From: Bacteroidota bacterium
Lineage (GTDB): Bacteria; Bacteroidota; Bacteroidia; Bacteroidales; F082
NCBI GenBank assembly: GCA_016845105.1
Contig: JAERTF010000154.1
Location: 25,311-89,310, forward strand
DNA: 64,000 nucleotides
Direction: 5' to 3'
Part shown: positions 45,714 through 53,481 of the stretch, one piece after another
Numbering within the stretch: position 1 is the first letter of the stretch
Layout of the letters: each line of letters begins with the position of its first letter
Notes under the pieces: model-generated
Seen by the model: the letters and a program-made list of their open reading frames with translations, nothing else
The model's database searches: none
Told to the model about the DNA's origin: nothing
Made by a program: the position numbers and the translations under genes

Positions 45714-47831
45714 TTAATAATTTCCTAGTTTAAGTTTTATGGATGTATTTGAGTTTATAGTTTTTCCAGCTCTTATTGATTGCCTTATTACTCTTCCCCT
45801 TCCTGAAATAGTTGTATTAATGCCATTGTTTTCCAATAAATAGATGGCATCTTTAGCCTTCATTCCAATTACGTTCGGAACCTTGTTTTCGCTAAAGGCA
45901 ACCTCCTCAAAAACTAGTTCATCATCATTAGATATCCCCTTAATCCATTCACCTGTTACGGGTAGTTTTTTTCTTTCCTTAATGTTTAAACTTGAGTAGA
46001 TGGATTCAATATCTTGTGACCAGGCAGGTTTTTTAGGAATTGGAATAGTTGTACTATCGTTTGAAGTTCCACTATTGAACTCTGCTGCTATAATTGTAGA
46101 GTAAAGGTTATCAGCAACTTCTCTAAAAACAGGTGCTGCCACACTTCCACCGTAATATTTACCGGCAGTTGGATTGTTTATTACAACAATCATTGAGTAT
46201 TGTGGTGAATTAGCTGGAAAATAACCAACGAAAGAAGCGTTGTAGTTACTCTTATTGTATTTTCCTTTTGATGCTATTTGTGCTGTCCCTGTTTTACCTG
46301 CAGCTTGATATGGACTATTTTTAAATACCCTTTTTGCGGTCCCTCTTTTTACTACACCTTCTAGAAGTGACTGAGCTGAATCAATTGTACTAGCTGAAAC
46401 AATTTCATTGTTAATGATTTCTGTTTCAAATTCTTCAATTAAAGCACCTCCTTCTTTAATTGCTGATACAAACATTGGCTTAACCATTACTCCATCATTA
46501 GCTACTGCATTATAATAGGTTAGGGTTTGAAGAGGAGTAATCATTAGCTCATATCCGATTGACATCCAGGGAAGAGATGTACCGTACCAGGTTTTCTTTT
46601 TAGAAGGATGCTTTATCATAGGTATTCCTTCTCCCAATATTTTTAATCCGATTGGTTGGTTTAACGACATTGAGTATAGCCTGTCGATAAATTGAGAAGG
46701 TTCTTCTTTGTAGGACTCATTTATAACCCTTGATATTCCTACGTTTGATGAATGCTCAAATGCATCACGAACAGTAATTCTGCCGTTGCCAATTTTATGA
46801 ACATCCTTCATCTCCTGGTTATAATATCTTGTGTATCCTTCTCCCGTATACAGGCTATCGGTTAGCTTTATTTTTTCATCTTCAAGCGCTGCTAATATGG
46901 ATGCCAGTTTAAAAGTAGAACCAGGTTCAATGCTTTCACCAATTGCATAATTATAAATCTCTTTGTACTTGCTATCGGAGCTATCATATCTTAAATTGGC
47001 AACTGATATGATATGCCCAGTTTTAACTTCCATTACTATTGCACAGCCTTGAAATGCTTTATTTGTTAGTAACTGCTTCAGGAGGGCATTTTCGGTAACA
47101 TCTTGTATATGTATGTCAATTGTTGTAACAATATCAAGTCCATCTTTTGGTTCAATCTCACTTTCGTCATGTATTGGTATCCAATCACCATGGTTAATTC
47201 GTCGCATAACCATTTTGCCATTTTTACCTGTAAGAACATCGGTATAGGCACCTTCAAGCCCAACAAATAAATTCTCATCTTCGATTACATAGCCAATTGT
47301 ACGAGAAGCCAATTCGTTATAGGGTTTTGCCCTGCGGGTTTTTTGTATTGTGATGAGACCGCCTTTATATTTACCTTTTCGTAGTATGGGAAGAGCTCTT
47401 ATTTGCTTAAGCTGATTGTAGGTTACACGCCGTCCCAATAGTAAATACCTATTTCCCTTATTGCGAGCTTTGGTTAAGGAGCTTTTGGTCTGATGTTTCT
47501 GTTTGTTTAATATTTTTGACAAACCATTAGCTATTGAATCTACCTTCAGCCTAAATTGGTCATCCGTGATATAAGGTGAGGAAATATCAAAACGCACCTC
47601 AAATATAGGTACTGAAGTTGCCAGAAGACTTCCCTTGTTGTCAAGTATATTACCCCTATTTGCTTCCAAATCGAACACCTTTAGTTCTTGGGTTTGGGCC
47701 TTAGCTTTTAGTTCTTCGCCTTCCTTTAATTGGATGTAAACTATCTTGCCGATGATAGCAAAGCCAAAAACAAGTATTCCGAAGTATACCAGATAAACTC
47801 TCCACAATATGTCTTTTTTAGTATCGGTCAA
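45714..47831 (-). CDS. ftsI: Class B penicillin-binding protein (FtsI/PBP3 type) with C-terminal PASTA-like domain
   Basis: 705 aa with an N-terminal TM segment, STFK, SSN and KTGTA motifs. The last 55 aa, VPNVIGMKAKDAIYLLENNGI...IKLKLG, are PASTA-like. The start is TTG at 47829-47831, overlapping the ftsL TGA. Confidence 0.9.
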   Translation of the reverse strand: MTDTKKDILWRVYLVYFGILVFGFAIIGKIVYIQLKEGEELKAKAQTQELKVFDLEANRGNILDNKGSLLATSVPIFEVRFDISSPYITDDQFRLKVDSIANGLSKILNKQKHQTKSSLTKARNKGNRYLLLGRRVTYNQLKQIRALPILRKGKYKGGLITIQKTRRAKPYNELASRTIGYVIEDENLFVGLEGAYTDVLTGKNGKMVMRRINHGDWIPIHDESEIEPKDGLDIVTTIDIHIQDVTENALLKQLLTNKAFQGCAIVMEVKTGHIISVANLRYDSSDSKYKEIYNYAIGESIEPGSTFKLASILAALEDEKIKLTDSLYTGEGYTRYYNQEMKDVHKIGNGRITVRDAFEHSSNVGISRVINESYKEEPSQFIDRLYSMSLNQPIGLKILGEGIPMIKHPSKKKTWYGTSLPWMSIGYELMITPLQTLTYYNAVANDGVMVKPMFVSAIKEGGALIEEFETEIINNEIVSASTIDSAQSLLEGVVKRGTAKRVFKNSPYQAAGKTGTAQIASKGKYNKSNYNASFVGYFPANSPQYSMIVVINNPTAGKYYGGSVAAPVFREVADNLYSTIIAAEFNSGTSNDSTTIPIPKKPAWSQDIESIYSSLNIKERKKLPVTGEWIKGISNDDELVFEEVAFSENKVPNVIGMKAKDAIYLLENNGINTTISGRGRVIRQSIRAGKTINSNTSIKLKLGNY

Positions 47832-48214
47832 TTTACCTCCAGTATTTTTACAGGTTCAGTATTTTTTTTAATTCCTCGCTTTTCAAGTTTTTTGGCGATT
47901 TGTGATTGCTTTTCTATATGCATTAACCGTGTTTTTACATTAATGTATTCGTACCTGAGTTCCTTTAGCTCTTTTCTAAGTTTGTTAATTTCACGGATAT
48001 TATTCTCAGCGTAATAATTATTCGCTATATATATGAATGCCAGTAGTGATAGATAAAGCAGGTATCTGAAAAACTTAAATGTACCTGTCGAAACCAAATC
48101 ACCACCCAATACTTCTTTAATTGCACCACCAACTTTATTTTCCTTTTTGATTGACTTTTGTTCAACCTCAGGTTCTTCATTGGGTTCAATTATTTTATTT
48201 GATTTAGGTGACAT
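47828..48214 (-). CDS. ftsL: FtsL-like small bitopic division protein
   Basis: 128 aa with one TM segment (FFRYLLYLSLLAFIYIANNYY) followed by a coiled coil (INKLRKELKELRYEY). It sits between rsmH and ftsI. Confidence 0.75.
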   Translation of the reverse strand: MSPKSNKIIEPNEEPEVEQKSIKKENKVGGAIKEVLGGDLVSTGTFKFFRYLLYLSLLAFIYIANNYYAENNIREINKLRKELKELRYEYINVKTRLMHIEKQSQIAKKLEKRGIKKNTEPVKILEVN

Positions 48215-48216
48215 TA

Positions 48217-49110
48217 TTATATTTTTTCAGCTATTCTAAGTTTTGCACTTCTTGCCCTATTGTTTATTTCTATTTCATCTTCATTTGGCATTATTGGTTT
48301 TCTTGTTATTGGTTTAAAATCAACAATTGGTTTCCCATAAAAGTCCTTATTTACTATACCATTAAAGTTTCCTGATTTTATGAAGTTCTTTACTAGTCTG
48401 TCTTCCAGTGAATGGTATGAGATAACAACTAATCTACCACCCGGCACCAATGATTCTTTTGCTTGTTCTAGCATTGTTTTTAGAGTTCTTAGCTCATCAT
48501 TAACTTCAATTCGTAATGCTTGAAAAAGTTGAGCTAAAAACTTGTTCTTCTTATGTTGTGGGTAGCATTGTTTGGTGCTTTCAATTAAGTCATTTGTAGT
48601 AACTATTGAACTAATGGAACGTGATTCGATTATTGCTTTCGAGAAGCATCTATAATTTTTTATTTCACCAAACTCTTTAAGTATTCTCTGTAACTCTTCT
48701 TCCGAATAAGTGTTAATAATATCGGATGCATCCAATGATTGATTTTGGTTCATCCGCATATCTAATTTGGCTTCAAAACGGGTAGAGAATCCGCGCTCAG
48801 GAATGTCGAATTGATGTGATGAGACACCTAAATCTGCAAGTATCCCATTAACTTTGGATGCATTGTGAAGACGTAGAAAGTTCTTTAGAAATTGAAAATT
48901 ATTGTTGACCAATAAAAATCTGTCATCAACAATGGCATTATTGATAGCATCTGTATCCTGATCAAATGCAATTAATCTACCATCTTTTAGTAGTTTTATT
49001 ATCTCATTTGAATGACCACCACCTCCATAGGTAACATCAACATAAATTCCATTGGGAATAATGTTGAGTCCTGAAATACATTCCTTTAGTAGTACTGGTT
49101 TGTGATACAT
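48217..49110 (-). CDS. rsmH: 16S rRNA (cytosine1402-N4)-methyltransferase
   Basis: 297 aa with HKPVLLKE, TYGGGGHS and DLGVSSHQFD. Confidence 0.95.
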   Translation of the reverse strand: MYHKPVLLKECISGLNIIPNGIYVDVTYGGGGHSNEIIKLLKDGRLIAFDQDTDAINNAIVDDRFLLVNNNFQFLKNFLRLHNASKVNGILADLGVSSHQFDIPERGFSTRFEAKLDMRMNQNQSLDASDIINTYSEEELQRILKEFGEIKNYRCFSKAIIESRSISSIVTTNDLIESTKQCYPQHKKNKFLAQLFQALRIEVNDELRTLKTMLEQAKESLVPGGRLVVISYHSLEDRLVKNFIKSGNFNGIVNKDFYGKPIVDFKPITRKPIMPNEDEIEINNRARSAKLRIAEKI

Positions 49111-49116
49111 TGTGTT

Positions 49117-49575
49117 TTATTCAGTTTGAAACTCGCCCATAACCTCTTCTGCTAAATCGCCGAAGTCATCCGGATCATAGTCAACAGCAACTTCGTAGGC
49201 TGCTTTATCCCAGATCTCTATACGGTTTACAACTGATGTGAGTACAATTTCTTTGGTGATACCACTGTATGCAATTAGGTCTTTTGGAATTAGTAACCTT
49301 CCGGTACCGTCCAAATCAAGAGGTTTCACGCCTGCCATAAACTTGGTTGCAAATTCTGCGTTCTTTTTTTTAAACATATTTAGTTTGCTAATCATTTTTG
49401 ATTCTTCCTGCCAGTTTTCGTGGGGAAAGAGTTCAAGGCATTTTTTAAATATGCTTCTTTTGATCACCATACCCTGCCTAAGAGCTTCGCCTAGCTGCCC
49501 CTTGTACTGAACCGGAAACATAAATCTTCCCTTTGCGTCCACTTTACATTCGTATGTGCCTAATATGTTGACCAT
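49117..49575 (-). CDS. mraZ: Transcriptional regulator MraZ
   Basis: 152 aa with two SpoVT/AbrB-like halves (DAKGRFMFP and DGTGRLLIPKDL). It is the first gene of the dcw operon. Confidence 0.93.
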   Translation of the reverse strand: MVNILGTYECKVDAKGRFMFPVQYKGQLGEALRQGMVIKRSIFKKCLELFPHENWQEESKMISKLNMFKKKNAEFATKFMAGVKPLDLDGTGRLLIPKDLIAYSGITKEIVLTSVVNRIEIWDKAAYEVAVDYDPDDFGDLAEEVMGEFQTE

Positions 49576-49596
49576 TAAAAACTAAGAATTATGGCT

Positions 49597-49604
49597 CAAA
49601 TGTA
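49597..49604 (-). promoter_or_regulatory. Candidate -7 box TACATTTG of the dcw (mraZ) promoter
   Basis: The + strand CAAATGTA is TACATTTG on the minus strand, 21 nt upstream of ATG 49575. Confidence 0.45.
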
Positions 49605-49611
49605 CTAACTA

Positions 49612-49649
49612 TTTACCACAATTAAACATGATTTACCACCTTTTACCAC
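49612..49649 (-). promoter_or_regulatory. Candidate MraZ operator: three exact GTGGTAAA direct repeats in 10-bp phase
   Basis: The + strand has TTTACCAC at 49612-49619, 49632-49639 and 49642-49649. In the mraZ sense this reads GTGGTAAAag GTGGTAAAtc atgtttaatt GTGGTAAAta. It lies immediately upstream of the -7 box. Confidence 0.55.
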
Positions 49650-49668
49650 TTTGTTGAAAAAAGGTTAC

Positions 49669-49792
49669 GTTATTAACAATTTTTGTTTTTGAGGAAACAC
49701 TTCCAATGTCAATATAATTAATGTTTTTGGGGAGTTTTATTAACAAATCTAGGCTTATTAACAATTAGACTACTCAGCAGATTGTTAATAAC
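49669..49792. repeat. Four copies of an 11-mer (TTATTAACAAT / ATTGTTAATAA) upstream of the dcw promoter
   Basis: The copies are GTTATTAACAAT at 49669-49680, TTATTAACAAAT at 49737-49748, TTATTAACAAT at 49755-49765, and the inverted ATTGTTAATAAC at 49781-49792. The last two form an 11-bp inverted repeat with a 15-nt spacer. Confidence 0.5.
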
Positions 49793-49883
49793 TCGAACTA
49801 TGGTAATTTTTAGACTTCTTGTTTTTTAAGATAGGGTGTGGTTGTGGTTAATTGACATAAAAACAGGCATGTAGTCCTGCTGG

Positions 49884-51377
49884 CTACTTGTTGTTAACTC
49901 TTAATAAACCTTGTTTTGCTTTTCCCCTAATACTGTTTCTGTATTCATCAAAATCAATTTCTAAACACAATTGATAGTAATAAACAGCCATTTTAGTGTT
50001 CTTTTCAATTTCATAAATATTACCCAATTTGAGTGCTGAATTCGCTGCCAAGTATTCAGGGAATAATCTACCTGTTTCAATCGTTGTGGAGTAATATTTT
50101 TTGGCATTTTTATAATCAGCTACCTCATGTGAAATTCTAGCTAGTCTATAGTTTTTCTCGACTAATTGTTTGCTTGTGAGTTTATGTTCTGGAATTTCTA
50201 ACAATAATTCTTTTGAGCTTTCATAATAACCACCATCAAAAAGTAATCTGCTTTTAAGCAACTCAACATTAGGAATGAGTTCTTTGTTTTTTGCAGATTG
50301 TTCAGCACTTTTATCAGCATCAATATTAGTTTCCCCATTAAGTAGAACGTTATCCATAGCCTTTAGGTAGGCTATTGTATCTGAGTTAATTAGTTCACAC
50401 CAAGCAATTTTCTGCCATGCATCTTTAATATAGTTTTGTCCCTTAAAGTTATTTTTAAATATTTGATATTCTTCGATTGCTTTTTTCGTATTTAGCTTTC
50501 TCAAATAACAATCACCATGCAGATAATTCAAGTAATAGAATGGGTAATAATCGTTTGTAAAATCAAAGCTATTAAATAACTCAAGTGCATCGTTATTTTT
50601 GCCATTTTTCATTAGGATGTTTATCGAAAGATATGTCAGCAATAGGTTATCTTTATTCATAATAATCTTGTCTGACAATAAGAGCTTTGCAATTTCAGGA
50701 TTTGGTTTTAGGTTGAGATCAACCATTCCGGTGTAGAATAGAATTTCGTTTTTAAGAAAATCAAATCTACTATTTTTACTACAATCCTCGTATGCTTGTA
50801 TTAATTCTAAATATCCTTGTTGTACATCACCCTCCATTGATATAATATTTAGAAACCAATCGAATGAATCGGGCACCAACCCAATTATGATGTGCAGGAT
50901 TCCAAGAGTAATTGAGTTGGGAATGAAATTTGGATATTCGTTATTGTTTTTTTTTATTAGTCGGTACGAGCGATTTATTCCAATGGCTCCAGTGGCATAA
51001 TTGCCAAATTTTAGTTGTGCTGTTGCCCATTGCAGGTTTATATTTCCTATGAAATACTTTTTATATTTTGAATTGTCAGGAAGACTATTAATTCTATTTA
51101 TCCGATATTGAATACTGTCTTCAACTAACTTAAATAATTCTTCATCTTCACCAACGGTAACTTTCAAGAAATCAATATAATTCTCTAAATATGGAATAAA
51201 AATGTTATCAGGGTTTGAGACTTTTTCAATTTCTATTCTTTGAGTCGCATCCTTAAATTTTAGGGATAGAATATCTTCATATGCCAACTTACAATTGTTA
51301 TTTATATTAACGGTTTGCGAAAACACACTGTGTATCAATAATATAAGTGTAAGTGCAAGTGCGGGTCGAAGTTTCAT
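49884..51377 (-). CDS. Secreted TPR-repeat protein, function unknown
   Basis: 497 aa with signal peptide MKLRPALALTLILLIHSVFSQ. It has several TPR-like helices, for example AANSALKLGNIYEIEKNTKMAVYYYQLCLEID. Confidence 0.7.
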   Translation of the reverse strand: MKLRPALALTLILLIHSVFSQTVNINNNCKLAYEDILSLKFKDATQRIEIEKVSNPDNIFIPYLENYIDFLKVTVGEDEELFKLVEDSIQYRINRINSLPDNSKYKKYFIGNINLQWATAQLKFGNYATGAIGINRSYRLIKKNNNEYPNFIPNSITLGILHIIIGLVPDSFDWFLNIISMEGDVQQGYLELIQAYEDCSKNSRFDFLKNEILFYTGMVDLNLKPNPEIAKLLLSDKIIMNKDNLLLTYLSINILMKNGKNNDALELFNSFDFTNDYYPFYYLNYLHGDCYLRKLNTKKAIEEYQIFKNNFKGQNYIKDAWQKIAWCELINSDTIAYLKAMDNVLLNGETNIDADKSAEQSAKNKELIPNVELLKSRLLFDGGYYESSKELLLEIPEHKLTSKQLVEKNYRLARISHEVADYKNAKKYYSTTIETGRLFPEYLAANSALKLGNIYEIEKNTKMAVYYYQLCLEIDFDEYRNSIRGKAKQGLLRVNNK

Positions 51378-51394
51378 GATAGTTGTAAAGGTAT

Positions 51395-51426
51395 AAAAAA
51401 AGGGGCTCCGTTAATTACGACGCCCC
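51395..51426 (-). terminator. Intrinsic terminator after the Zn-ribbon gene
   Basis: The minus-strand RNA reads GGGGCGUCG-uaauuaa-CGGAGCCCC followed by UUUUUUU. That is a 9-position stem with one mismatch and one G-U pair. It sits 21 nt after the stop at 51448. Confidence 0.7.
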
Positions 51427-51447
51427 TTTGATATATTATGTGAAAGT

Positions 51448-52224
51448 TTATTCCATGTTATTAGAAACAATTTCAGCAACTTCATTGTCTACTAAAATTC
51501 GACCACAGTAATCACAAACTATAATCTTTTTATGAACTCTAATATCAAGTTGATGCTGGGGAGGTATCTTATTAAAACATCCACCACATGCGTCTCTTTC
51601 TATTTGAACAACAGCAAGTCCATTGCGAGCACTTGTTCTAATTCGTTTATATGCAGTTAGCAGCCTGTCTTCAATAAGCTTCTCATTCTCAGCTGATTTG
51701 TCTATAAGTTTCTGCTCTTCAATAACGGTTTCTTTTACAATATCATCAAGCTCCTTATTTTTCTCCTCAAGATCAATCTTTTTTTCCTTGAGTTTATCAG
51801 TTGAAGCCAAAACTTCCGAATTGAGAAGCTCAATTTTATAGTTAACTTCGTTTATCTTTTTCTCGGCATGCTCAATTTCTAATTCCTGAAACTCAAGTTC
51901 TTTTGATAATGAATCATACTCTCTGTTATTTCTAACATTCATTTGCTGTTCCTTGTATTTGGATATCAACCCTTCACTATCTTTAATTACACCTTTCTGT
52001 TCAACAATTGAGTTTTTTAACTCTTCTTCTTCCTGATGAAAGTTTTTAATACGAGTATCTAAACCAGCAATTTCATCTTCTAAATCCTCTACTTCTAAAG
52101 GTAATTCACCTCTAATAATCTTTATTTTGTCAACTTGTGAGTCAATTTGCTGCAAAGTATATAGTGCAATCAGTTTTTGCTCAACACTAACATCTTCGTC
52201 TTTTGTAACCTTTGTTTTAGTCAT
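51448..52224 (-). CDS. Coiled-coil protein with C-terminal C4 zinc ribbon (COG1579/DUF164-like)
   Basis: 258 aa. A long coiled coil is followed by CGGCFNKIPPQ...VCDYCGRIL. It follows a Nif3-like gene, which is a common pairing. Confidence 0.8.
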   Translation of the reverse strand: MTKTKVTKDEDVSVEQKLIALYTLQQIDSQVDKIKIIRGELPLEVEDLEDEIAGLDTRIKNFHQEEEELKNSIVEQKGVIKDSEGLISKYKEQQMNVRNNREYDSLSKELEFQELEIEHAEKKINEVNYKIELLNSEVLASTDKLKEKKIDLEEKNKELDDIVKETVIEEQKLIDKSAENEKLIEDRLLTAYKRIRTSARNGLAVVQIERDACGGCFNKIPPQHQLDIRVHKKIIVCDYCGRILVDNEVAEIVSNNME

Positions 52225-52245
52225 ATTAACGTCATTTTCAGTTTA

Positions 52246-53340
52246 TTACAGAAAAGAAATGGGGTTAGCATTCATTTTCGAAATTTGGAGTGCAAAATTA
52301 GGAAATTTTTTCTTTAATAATGAATATAATAATTCTTTTACAGGTTGTTCTGTTTCAAAGTGTCCGGCATCAGCTATTACCATGTTTTCGGTGTGATCGA
52401 AAAAGTCGTGATATTTAATATCACCAGTAATAAAAATATCTGCATTTTGGCGAGCTGCTTCTCCAATTAGAAAACTACCACTTCCTCCACAAATTGCTAC
52501 TTTCTTAATAGGCTTTTCAAGTAGTTTGCTATGCTTTATGTGCTGAGTGCCAAGAATATTCTTAACGGTATTTAAGAAATTATAAGCAGTTGTTTCGTGT
52601 TCAAGTTCACCTATCATGCCACTGCCTATTGTGTTGTTAAAGTTTTCCAATTTATAAATATCATAGGCAGGCTCTTCATATGGATGAGCCATTTTCATAG
52701 CTTTAACTACATTTGATACATTATGTTTTGGTACTATAACTTCCAATCTGTTTTCATCTTCAAAATGTAGATTATCCTTTTCTCCAACATATGGATCACT
52801 TCCTTCGAGTGCTCTGAAAGTCCCGATTCCGGAATTATAATAACTACAGCTATCGTAATTTCCAATATTGCCAGCACCCGAATCAAACATTGCCTGTTGA
52901 ATACTTTTCATGTATTTAGTTGGACAAAAACAAACAACTTTAGAAAAGTTACTATTTGCCGATTTTAATATTTTCGAATTTTTTATTCCTAACTTCTTAG
53001 CCAATATGCTATTCACACCTCCGGTAACATTGTCAAGATTTGTATGTATTGCATATATTGAAATATCTGCTTTAATAGCCTTAACCACAAGCCTCTCAAC
53101 TAAACTGCCTCCGGTTAGTTTTTTAATTTCTCCAAATATAAGAGGATGATGTGCAACTACTAGCTGGCAGTTTTCGGATATAGCTTCATCTAGTACCTCA
53201 TCTGTAATATCCAGTGTAATCAATACTTTTTCCACATCATCTTCAAGTGAACCTAATAGTAAACCTGAATTATCATATGATTCTTGTAACCCAATTGGGG
53301 CAATTTCCTCTAAATAGCTTGTAATATCTTTGATAAGCAT
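52246..53340 (-). CDS. Nif3-like dinuclear metal centre protein
   Basis: 364 aa with SYDNSGLLLG, LVVAHHPLIF and ADAGHFETE, plus an inserted PII-like middle domain, as in long Nif3/YqfO proteins. Confidence 0.85.
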   Translation of the reverse strand: MLIKDITSYLEEIAPIGLQESYDNSGLLLGSLEDDVEKVLITLDITDEVLDEAISENCQLVVAHHPLIFGEIKKLTGGSLVERLVVKAIKADISIYAIHTNLDNVTGGVNSILAKKLGIKNSKILKSANSNFSKVVCFCPTKYMKSIQQAMFDSGAGNIGNYDSCSYYNSGIGTFRALEGSDPYVGEKDNLHFEDENRLEVIVPKHNVSNVVKAMKMAHPYEEPAYDIYKLENFNNTIGSGMIGELEHETTAYNFLNTVKNILGTQHIKHSKLLEKPIKKVAICGGSGSFLIGEAARQNADIFITGDIKYHDFFDHTENMVIADAGHFETEQPVKELLYSLLKKKFPNFALQISKMNANPISFL

Positions 53341-53481
53341 AATTATTTGATTATGGTTGAAAGATTGTTATTAAAAATTGTATTTTAGCTTGATTTTTTT
53401 ATAAACTGGTACAAAAGTATATTTTGAAAAAGGATTTTTAGCTGAATTTTATAAAAAAAGTATTTTTTTGTTTTTTGGATT

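Noticed and set aside
49838-49849. Tandem GTGGTT GTGGTT on the + strand (and ATGGTAATTT at 49800-49809) as additional MraZ boxes.
   Set aside because: They are in the opposite orientation to the GTGGTAAA array, with 6-bp rather than 10-bp phasing, and about 200 bp from the promoter. This is too weak to support.
49861-49883. Hairpin after the TPR gene stop (CAGG-actacatg-CCTG followed by TTTTT on the minus strand) as a terminator.
   Set aside because: The stem is only 4 bp. I cannot call it an intrinsic terminator without a folding energy calculation.
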